DNA from: Candidatus Latescibacterota bacterium
GTDB lineage: Bacteria > Latescibacterota > UBA2968 > GCA-2709665
Direction of reading: 5' to 3'
DNA length: 64,000 nt
Assembly: GCA_965222075.1 (NCBI GenBank)
Contig: OZ244937.1
Span: 448,001 to 512,000, forward strand
Positions 48,595 to 57,174 of the stretch are shown here, one piece after another. A program made the position numbers and the translations under genes. The notes under the pieces are model-generated. The model was not told the origin of the DNA, did no database searches, and saw nothing but the letters and a program-made list of their open reading frames with translations. The stretch's first letter is position 1. Each line of letters starts with the position of its first letter.

Positions 48595-49884
48595 CTAAAC
48601 ATTCGGTGTGTTGTTTTTATTGGAGTTGGGATGTTTAAGTCGAAACAAATGGCGGAACGTTCGCGCCTGTTTGGAGAGACGGTCGTGTTTGATACGCACT
48701 AAAGTGGTCGCATTGGCAGCCACAATAACCATGCCAATTTGAATGGATGCGCCTTGATGTCCACGATATTTAATCCGTGTTGCACCTCGACAGACCTGCC
48801 TGTGCGTTGCACGCAGACAGGTAAGGGTTGTGATCAGGTTTTCAACGAAGGGACGACTATAGGCACAGGCGTGAGCAATTTTGATCTGAGTGGCGTTTTG
48901 TTTTTCTTCCAAGCCGGGTATGTGAAGCGCCTCCTTGATCATTTCAGGCGTGGGCACTTTCGGGATCGGTGCGATTGAACTGGGAATGCCCAGGGTTGCG
49001 ATCCCTCGAAAGTGGAGTTGATTTCTCAGATTGGGATCATCCAATCCCAAGTCGCCAGCCAAAGATCGAATGAGCGGTTTTCGTCTTTGATATGCAAAGT
49101 CGAGCAAGTCGATGGCCCCATCAACAGTCTGCACAAGAGGCAAGGCACCTGCTTGCGCGCTGCGCGCAGGCAAGTAAGAGGCATCATGCTGGATTGCCCA
49201 CAGGCAGATGATAGCCAAAGATGAAGCCGGTTCCCATCTCAGCGATGATACCTGGTTTTTTCCCGAATTGGCAGGGACAGTTGCTCTTGCCTTTCTTGAT
49301 CGGGGCGATCGTCGGGTCACCTGTCTGCGTGCGGTGACGCACAGGCAGGTAGGCATTGACGATTTTACAGTGATCCAATTTTTCCCGTTGACCAACTGTC
49401 GTGATTGTTTTTCAATGTGTCGATGGGCCTGGAGAGCCTCGTCGAGTTTGTGCATCAACCGCTCTTGCTGCACCTGGTCTATGGCGATGTCTTTTTGCAG
49501 GTGCATTTGGGCGCAAAGGGCAAGCGGCGTAACCTGACATCCAATAGAAAGCAGCCGTTTTTCAGTCTCTCGAACCCATTTGAGATAGACTTTGCCCTTG
49601 CCCCGGCATTGTCTGCCAAAGGTGCGCATCTGCGCCTTGAGATCCGTTTGCAGGGTCTCTGCTTCGGCTTGGATGCGGCTGCCCCCTGCGGTGAAAGGGG
49701 CTATTTGTTGGATGATTTGGAGGATTTTTTTCGCTTTATAAAGCGTCGTGGCACCTGTCTGCCGTGCCGGGCACGGCACAGGCAGGTCCGTAACCCGTTG
49801 GGAGCCTTGCTCAGCGGGAAACGTATCGACCACCAGGTGCTGGGGAGAAACCAGCCCTTCCTCCATGGCCTCTGCTGCCTGGAT
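48595..49884 (-). pseudogene. DDE transposase pseudogene (IS5/IS4-like), frameshifted and 5'-truncated by IS3
   Basis: VVDTFP...TDATTL, IVNAYDPTIAPIKKGK...QFGKK (other frame), SLAGDLG; four palindromic micro-insertions. Confidence 0.75.
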
Positions 49885-50267
49885 TGGAGTTACCCCGGTT
49901 TAGTGGACGGTTTTAGGCTTGGGTATCAAGCCCATGATTGATGGTTGTTTTCGTAGGTTGTGGGTGAGTGGTACCCCAACGCTGAATGCCTGCGATGTGG
50001 ATTGTACCACCCCTCGATGTATTCGAAGAGGGCCTGTTGCGCGTCCTGGAATGTGCGGAAGCAGTGGCGGTCGAGGAGTTCGCATTCTACTGTGGCGAAG
50101 AAACGCTCGCACATCGCGTTGTCAAAGCAGTCTCCGACGGATCCTGTGGAGGGACGGACACCGGCCTTCTTGCAGCGCAGACCAAAGGCGAGTAAGGTAA
50201 ACTGCGATTCCTGGTCGGAGTGATGGATCACGTCCTTGGGACGACGCTGCCACAAGGCCATGTCCAC
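49885..50267 (-). mobile_element. IS3-family remnant (integrase core C-terminus and right inverted repeat)
   Basis: HHSDQ.SQF, GDCFDNAMCERFF, WYNPHRRHSALGY.SP; end CCGTCCACTAAACCGGGGTAACTCCA. Confidence 0.9.
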
Positions 50268-50379
50268 TCTCGGACTCGCTCTGCTGGCCTGGAAGGGCGA
50301 TTCAGGGAGGGTACCGACACGTTCCTCGCGCCCGTGACTGTCAACAACGATTTGGTTTTCGACAGATCCACCGATTTAG

Positions 50380-50853
50380 AATTGTCATCGTGGTAGGGGC
50401 GCCCCTTGTAGGCACCCGACCCTCGGAGGCGCGATGGTCACCGTTACAGAAATCAGGGCAACCACAAGGGTTGCCTGCCTGCGTAGCGGTCTGCCTGCCT
50501 GCAGCGCGGTGCGCCGCGCAGGCAGGCGCTGCAGGCAGGCCCCTACGTTGGGTGACGCGGTCGGCGCGTGCAACGGACCGGGTTTGGGGACAATTCGATG
50601 CGATGGAATACCGATACCACATACCCAATCCCATCCGCATCCACCACCCGCAGGGGCGGTTCGCGAACCGCCCCTACAAAGACCGCCATGACATCGATAT
50701 GGAATTTCTGACCGATTCCCAACCATCGAAATGGACGGATTCGTTGTCATGTCCAACCGATTCCCATCCGTGGTTATGAACACATTCGTTGCAATGCCCA
50801 ACCCCATCCACGGAATTGTCATCGTGGTAGGGGCGCCCCTTGTGGGTGCCCGC
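50380..50853 (+). pseudogene. Fragments of REP-associated tyrosine transposase (RAYT) with embedded REPs
   Basis: IEMDGFVVMSN (50725), FVAMPNPIHGIVIVVGAPLVGAR (50785; degenerate HUH), PTLGDAVGA (about 50542). Confidence 0.7.
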
Positions 50854-50960
50854 CCCCCCTTGCTGGCTATCTTGAAGGGGTTGGAGAAGGGAGGCCGATA
50901 ACGATGCTCAGGTCCGACAAACATCCCCGCCTGCCTGCGCTGGCGCGCCAGCAGGCAGGG

Positions 50961-52409
50961 ATGTCCATTCTGGTGATTGATGACGATCCGGAAATCCGGT
51001 CTTCCGTGGGGATGTTTCTGCAGGCGCGGGGGCATATGGTCTACGAGGCCGCGGACGGGTTTGTGGGTATGAAGGTGCTTCGGAGGGAGGCTGTTGACAT
51101 CGTGATCACGGATGTGAAGATGCCGGGGATGGATGGGTTCGAGGTTTTAAGGGAGGTCAAGCGTCTGTCTCCTGATACGGAGGTGATTGTGGTTACGGCC
51201 TTCAGTGAGGTCGAGCATGCGTTTCGGGCGATGCGGGATGGGGCATTTGATTTTTTCACGAAGCCGTTCAGGGTGGAGGAGCTGAACGCCTCTTTGCAGC
51301 GGACCATGCGTTACCGGGCGCTTCATCAGGAGAAGAACAGGATGCAGGCGCGTCTGGATCGCATCAAGGCGGAGTCCAGGCAGCGCTTTGGTCTGGCGGC
51401 GATTGTGGGGGAGAGTGGGGCCATTTGCGCGGTGCGGGAGCAGGTCCGGCAGGTGTGCCAGTCCGGGGATACGACGGTGCTCATCTGCGGCGAGACGGGT
51501 ACGGGCAAGGAGCTGGTGGCGCGGGCCATTCACACCGAAAGCGCCCGTGCGGGCGGACCGTTTGTGCCTGTGAATTGCTCGGCCATCCCTGAGGCGCTGT
51601 TTGAAAGCGAGTTTTACGGCCACGAGCGGGGTGCGTTCACGGATGCCCGGCAGGCACGAAAGGGCCACTTTGAGCAGGCGGACGGGGGCACGCTGTTTTT
51701 GGACGAGATCGGCGATATGGACCCGGGGATGCAGAGCAAGCTGCTGCGCACTTTAGAGGAGAAGCGGTTCCGTCCGGTGGGCGGGTCCAAAGAGGTTGCG
51801 GTGGATGTGCGGGTGGTCTCGGCCACGAACCGGGACCTGTCCGGGATGGTCCGTGAGGGTGTTTTTCGGGAGGATCTGTTCTACCGGCTGAATGTGTTCG
51901 CCATCCGGGTTCCACTGCTGCGAGAGCGTTTGGAGGATATTCTCCCACTGGCGCAGTATTTTTTAAGTCGGTATGCGGAGGAGATGCGCAAACCGATCCG
52001 GGGGTTTGCCCCGGAGGCCGTGGCGCTGCTAAAGGCCTACCCTTTTCCTGGCAATGTTCGAGAGTTGAACAATACGATTGAACGGGCTGCGATTCTGTGC
52101 GGGAACGGTCAGGTGAGGGCAGATCACCTGCAGGATCTGACTGTTGGGGCCTGCCTGCGCCGAGATCTGCCCGGCAGGCAGGCGGGTGGACCGCCTGCCT
52201 CCTGTGAGGCGGAGGGCTTGCCTGCTGCGCTGGATGTGGCCGGGGTGGAGAGCCTGAATCTGGACGCGCTTGAACGACAGGCGGTGGGGGAGGCCATCCG
52301 CAGGTGCGATGGAAATCAGGTTCAGGCTGCCGGGCTGCTTGGTATTTCGCGCAATACCCTCCGTCGCCGGATCAGGGCATACGATCTGGTGGAGGGATCA
52401 GCATTCTGA
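50961..52409 (+). CDS. Sigma-54-dependent response regulator (NtrC/AtoC family)
   Basis: REC (VIDDD, DVKMPG), GETGTGKE, GAFTDA, FLDEIG, FPGNVREL, Fis-type HTH. Confidence 0.95.
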   Translation: MSILVIDDDPEIRSSVGMFLQARGHMVYEAADGFVGMKVLRREAVDIVITDVKMPGMDGFEVLREVKRLSPDTEVIVVTAFSEVEHAFRAMRDGAFDFFTKPFRVEELNASLQRTMRYRALHQEKNRMQARLDRIKAESRQRFGLAAIVGESGAICAVREQVRQVCQSGDTTVLICGETGTGKELVARAIHTESARAGGPFVPVNCSAIPEALFESEFYGHERGAFTDARQARKGHFEQADGGTLFLDEIGDMDPGMQSKLLRTLEEKRFRPVGGSKEVAVDVRVVSATNRDLSGMVREGVFREDLFYRLNVFAIRVPLLRERLEDILPLAQYFLSRYAEEMRKPIRGFAPEAVALLKAYPFPGNVRELNNTIERAAILCGNGQVRADHLQDLTVGACLRRDLPGRQAGGPPASCEAEGLPAALDVAGVESLNLDALERQAVGEAIRRCDGNQVQAAGLLGISRNTLRRRIRAYDLVEGSAF

Positions 52410-52486
52410 ACCCGGGGTTGCTGCCTGCCTGTTGCAGGCAGGTATGAAAGATCGGGTCCGGATCAAGGAGTTGGGAGGATATGGCA

Positions 52487-55400
52487 ATGAAATTCACGAG
52501 AAGGTCTGTTGGTGGATTGTTGGTGGGGATGGGGATTGCTTTCGCAGGGCTTGCTTTTGTGTATGCCCAGACCGCAGCGGATGCGGATTTTGACGGGGAT
52601 GGCAAGGTTGGGTTCAGCGATTTTGTGTCGTTTGCAGGCAAATTCGGGACCAGTCGAGGCGATGGGAGGTACGAGGCGAAGTACGATCTGGACGGCGACG
52701 GGCAGGTGGGTTTCACGGATTTTGTGGCGTTCGCCGGGTTTTTTGGTCAGAGCGCCGTTCCCAACGAGGCGCCGATATTGGAGCGGATCGGCGACCAGGG
52801 CGTACCAAAAGGCGTTACACTGATCATCGAACTGGCCGCTTCCGATCCGGACGGGGATGATCTGGACTACCGGGTGAGCGGTCAACCGGAGGGCTCGTCG
52901 CTGTCCGGGTCCACCTTCCGCTGGACGCCCACGAGCGGTGAGGACGACACCCACCGCATCACCTTCACGGTAAGAGACAGCCGGGGCGGGAGGGCTTCGG
53001 AGACGATCACCGTGAGGGTGGTGGAATTTCGGTTCAGGCTGGTCGAGCACCGGATTACGACCGAGGAGCCCAGCTTTGTCAATATTCTCTTCCAGGTAAT
53101 CGACTCCGACAACTGGGGGGTGACGTCGCTGACCACCGAACACTTTGAAGTGCGCGAGGACGATCAGGTGGTATCCCCTACCGAGTCGGCCATGCGCGTC
53201 CAAAAGCGGGAGGCCATTCCGCATCGTTTCAAGTTGAAGACCGTTCTGATGCTCGACACCAGCACGAGCGTAAAGGACCACCTGGAGCAGATTAAACAGG
53301 CGGCGGTCATTTTGGTGGAAAACATGACCGAGAACCAGGAGATCGCCCTGTACGAATTCTCTGAAAAGCCGGAGCGCTTGCAGGATTTCACCAACGATGC
53401 AGCAGCCCTGACCAAAGCGATTCGGGAAATTCGTTTGGGCTTTCCCACCACCAACCTGTACGGAAGCATTATCACCGGAACCCGGCGGTGGGCGGATATC
53501 TTCACCACAACCGAAGTCCAGCAGGGGTTTCTGGTTATCCTGACCGACGGAAGCGACACGCAGGGGTCTTATACGCTATCGGAGGCGCTTGCGGCGCGGG
53601 GAAACAAGAATGTCTACACCATCGGGCTGGGGAACGAGATTGACCCGGACGTCCTGCAGGAGCTGGGCAACGCCGGGTTTTTCCAGATTACGGACGTGAG
53701 CAAACTGGCTGACCAGCTGGCCGAGAGGTTTATCGAGATTCAAAAAAGGATCGTCTCGTTCGCCGACAGTTTCTACTGGCTGAGATACCTCAGCCCCAAG
53801 CGTGGGGACAGAGAGCATTCGCTGGCGGTGATTGTGAAGGGGAATGAGGTCAATTACTCGATCGAAGGGAGTTTCAATAGTAGGGATTTCTATTCGGTGC
53901 GTCAGGGCGTTTTCGTCAACACCTCGCCTTCCAATGCGGAGGGAATTGAAGAACTAAGGATGGCCAAGGGCGATTCGATTCGCCTCCAGGCGGTGACATT
54001 TCCGGAGCTCAAGTCCCCACAGTATATCTGGGAGACGAGCGACCGCGATATCGTCGCGATCAAGCCGGATACGCTTGATGCATCGGTGGCGTGGACGATT
54101 GCGGTTGGGGACAGCGGTCAGACGGCGACTTTGACGGTGTTTGACCGGGCGAATGAGTTGGACGGGCAGGTGCAGGTGCATGTAGGAGTAATCGGAACAG
54201 GCTTCTTCGCCCTGCCGGGAGGCGCATTGATGGAGATGGTGCGGATACCGCCGGGGACGTTTCGGATGGGATCGCCTCCATCAGAGGAGGGTCGTTCTTC
54301 GGCTGAGGAGCCGGTGCATGAAGTGACGATCAGGCAGGGATTTTACCTGGGGAAATATGAGGTCACACAGGCGCAGTGGGAGGCGGTGATGGAGAGCTAC
54401 CCGTCAAAGTCCAAGGTATGCGGAGACTGTCCCGCGGAAAACTTATTTCGGCACGAAGCGCAGGCGTTTATTCGGAAGCTCAACGAGATAGAGGGAGAGA
54501 ACCGGTATCGTTTGCCGAGCGAGGCGGAGTGGGAGTATGCGGCGCGTGCGGGCACGACGACGAGGTATAGCTGGGGGGATGAGATCGGCACCAACCGGGC
54601 CAATTGCCGTCGTTGCGGCAGTCAGTGGGACGAAAGGGGGATAGCGCCAGTGGGATCGTTCCCTGCCAATGCCTGGGGCCTGTACGACATGCACGGAAAC
54701 GTGCGGGAGTACGTGCAGGACTGCTGGGTAAACGACTACCGGAGGGCGCCTGCTGACGGCTCGGCGGTGGAGGGCGACTGCTCTAGACGCGTGGCGCGTG
54801 GCGGTTCGTGGGACGACTTCCCCGACGCCCTCCGCTCGGCGAGCCGATCTGGGAAGGACGACAGTTACTATTCCACATATCGGATCTTCTACAATGGCTA
54901 CGGTTTTCGAGTTGCCCGGACGGTCCCGGAGGCGGACCGCGAGGCGCTGGTGGCGCTTTACAATGCGACCGATGGGGACAACTGGACGGATAAGACCAAT
55001 TGGTTGACGGACAACGACCTTTCAACCTGGTTTGGCGTCACGGTATCCAATGGTCGGGTCACGTCCCTGGACCTGAGAGAAAACAACCTGACTGGCGAGA
55101 TCCCACCCCAATTGGGCAGCCTGACCAGCCTTGACAGCCTGCGCCTCGACCACAATGCACTTTCCGGCCCGATTCCCCCAGAATTGGGGAACTTGACCAA
55201 AATGAAGAGGCTGATTCTTTTCAGCAACCAGTTGAGTGGCACGGTTCCACCCGAATTAGCCAAACTATCCAACCTTGAGCGGCTGATTCTTTTCAGCAAC
55301 CAGTTGAGTGGCACGGTTCCACCCGAATTAGCCAAACTATCCAACCTGAAGTGGCTGTATCTTTCCACCAATCAGTTGAGTGGTTCGATTCCTGTGGAAT

Positions 55401-56755
55401 TGGGCAACCTGTCCAACCTTGAGCGGCTGATTCTTTCCGCCAATCAGTTGAGTGGTGAGATACCCGTGGAATTGGGCAACCTGTCCAACCTGAAGTGGCT
55501 GTATCTTTCCACCAATCAGTTGAGTGGTTCGATTCCTGTGGAATTGGGCAACCTGGAAAACCTTGAGCGGCTGCATCTTTCCAGCAACCAGTTGAGTGGC
55601 ACGGTTCCACCCGAATTAGCCAACCTATCCAACCTGAAGTGGCTAATTCTTTCCGCCAATCAGTTGAGTGGTGAGATACCCGTGGAATTGGGCAATCTAT
55701 CCAACCTGACGCATCTGTATCTTTACGGCAATGGGTTGAGTGGTTCGATTCCTGTGGAATTGGGCAACCTGGAAAACCTTGAGCGGCTGCATCTTTCCAG
55801 CAACCAGTTGAGTGGCACGGTTCCACTCGAATTAGCCAACCTATCCAACCTGAAGTGGCTGATTCTTTCCGCCAATCAGTTGAGTGGTTCGATTCCTGTG
55901 GAATTGGGCAACCTGTCCAACCTTGAGCGGCTGATTCTTTCCGCCAATCAGTTGAGTGGTGAGATACCCGTGGAATTGGGCAATCTATCCAACCTGACGC
56001 ATCTGTATCTTTACGGCAATGGGTTGAGTGGTTCGATTCCTGTGGAATTGGGCAACCTGCCCAACCTGACGCATCTGTATCTTTACGGCAATGGGTTGAG
56101 TGGTTCGATTCCTGTGGAATTGGGCAACCTGGAAAACCTTGAGCGGCTGCATCTTTCCAGCAACCAGTTGAGTGGCACGGTTCCACCCGAATTAGCCAAC
56201 CTATCCAACCTGAAGTGGCTGATTCTTTACGGCAATGGGTTGAGTGGTTCGATTCCTGTGGAATTGGGCAACCTGCCCAACCTGACGCATCTGTATCTTT
56301 CCAGCAACCAGTTGAGTGGCACGGTTCCACCCGAATTAGCCAACCTATCCAACCTTCAGTGGCTGTGGCTTAACAACAATGGGTTGAGCGGTGGGATTCC
56401 TGTGGAATTGGGCAACCTGGAAAACCTTGAGCGGCTGCATCTTTCCAGCAACCAGTTGAGTGGCACGGTTCCACCCGAATTAGCCAACCTATCCAACCTT
56501 CAGTGGCTGTGGCTTAACAACAATGGGTTGAGCGGTGGGATTCCTGTGGAATTGGGTAACCTGGAAAACCTTGAGCGGCTGTATCTCCACGATAACGCAT
56601 CCTTGACGGGTGCACTTCCTCAGAGCCTGACAAAGCTGACGAAGCTGGTGGAGTTTTTCTTTCATGCCACGGGGCTATGTGCGCCGCTTGATTCGGCCTT
56701 TCAGACGTGGCTTTGGGGCATTGAAGAGACCCGCGGTCCGAATTGCTCGAGTTAG
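52487..56755 (+). CDS. Secreted dockerin/EF-hand + Ig-like + vWA + FGE-sulfatase (C-type lectin fold) + LRR protein
   Basis: DFDGDGKVGFSDF pair, DPDGD Ig-like, LDTSTS/LTDG MIDAS, RLPSEAEWEYAARAG...RGGSW...GFRVAR, about 22 LRR units. Confidence 0.9.
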   Translation: MKFTRRSVGGLLVGMGIAFAGLAFVYAQTAADADFDGDGKVGFSDFVSFAGKFGTSRGDGRYEAKYDLDGDGQVGFTDFVAFAGFFGQSAVPNEAPILERIGDQGVPKGVTLIIELAASDPDGDDLDYRVSGQPEGSSLSGSTFRWTPTSGEDDTHRITFTVRDSRGGRASETITVRVVEFRFRLVEHRITTEEPSFVNILFQVIDSDNWGVTSLTTEHFEVREDDQVVSPTESAMRVQKREAIPHRFKLKTVLMLDTSTSVKDHLEQIKQAAVILVENMTENQEIALYEFSEKPERLQDFTNDAAALTKAIREIRLGFPTTNLYGSIITGTRRWADIFTTTEVQQGFLVILTDGSDTQGSYTLSEALAARGNKNVYTIGLGNEIDPDVLQELGNAGFFQITDVSKLADQLAERFIEIQKRIVSFADSFYWLRYLSPKRGDREHSLAVIVKGNEVNYSIEGSFNSRDFYSVRQGVFVNTSPSNAEGIEELRMAKGDSIRLQAVTFPELKSPQYIWETSDRDIVAIKPDTLDASVAWTIAVGDSGQTATLTVFDRANELDGQVQVHVGVIGTGFFALPGGALMEMVRIPPGTFRMGSPPSEEGRSSAEEPVHEVTIRQGFYLGKYEVTQAQWEAVMESYPSKSKVCGDCPAENLFRHEAQAFIRKLNEIEGENRYRLPSEAEWEYAARAGTTTRYSWGDEIGTNRANCRRCGSQWDERGIAPVGSFPANAWGLYDMHGNVREYVQDCWVNDYRRAPADGSAVEGDCSRRVARGGSWDDFPDALRSASRSGKDDSYYSTYRIFYNGYGFRVARTVPEADREALVALYNATDGDNWTDKTNWLTDNDLSTWFGVTVSNGRVTSLDLRENNLTGEIPPQLGSLTSLDSLRLDHNALSGPIPPELGNLTKMKRLILFSNQLSGTVPPELAKLSNLERLILFSNQLSGTVPPELAKLSNLKWLYLSTNQLSGSIPVELGNLSNLERLILSANQLSGEIPVELGNLSNLKWLYLSTNQLSGSIPVELGNLENLERLHLSSNQLSGTVPPELANLSNLKWLILSANQLSGEIPVELGNLSNLTHLYLYGNGLSGSIPVELGNLENLERLHLSSNQLSGTVPLELANLSNLKWLILSANQLSGSIPVELGNLSNLERLILSANQLSGEIPVELGNLSNLTHLYLYGNGLSGSIPVELGNLPNLTHLYLYGNGLSGSIPVELGNLENLERLHLSSNQLSGTVPPELANLSNLKWLILYGNGLSGSIPVELGNLPNLTHLYLSSNQLSGTVPPELANLSNLQWLWLNNNGLSGGIPVELGNLENLERLHLSSNQLSGTVPPELANLSNLQWLWLNNNGLSGGIPVELGNLENLERLYLHDNASLTGALPQSLTKLTKLVEFFFHATGLCAPLDSAFQTWLWGIEETRGPNCSS

Positions 56756-56796
56756 GCGTCGCTCGGGCGGATTACAAACCGTTAGCCTGACTCCGC

Positions 56797-56975
56797 GTGT
56801 CAAACGGTCGGGTTCAATTTCTATCTTTCTCAGCAGGGAACTGCATCAACCTCTCCAACACGACCTTTTACGTCTATACCGCTTACACCTCAAAATGGCA
56901 GCGAAAAGACGGTGCTTCATGGGTGGATATTCCAGGCACGGAACGCGCGGGTTTGTGTTCCTACCTGGCGCAACC
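56797..56975 (+). pseudogene. Fragment of an extracellular domain gene
   Basis: SNGRVQFLSFSAGNCINLSN...SKWQRK...WVDIPGTERAGLCSY looks protein-like but has no proper start or end. Confidence 0.4.
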
Positions 56976-57174
56976 ATCGAAACGATTGCCAAACACCGCA
57001 CGACAACGCTAACCAGACGAACTTGGAAGCAAAGAGTCAAAGATGAGAAACTTGCCATTTATGGGCCAACACACGCAATCGCCAATTCGTCAGCACGGCC
57101 TACCGCTTATGGGGCGAAGCCCCTGGGTCGTTTTCGCGGCCGTGCCGTTTCGCGATGGCGATGGGAGGTGACCG

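Noticed and set aside
45855-54922. Complete DGR or retron system built from the intron remnant and the FGE domain
   Set aside because: No reverse transcriptase ORF, template repeat or accessory gene is visible in the window.
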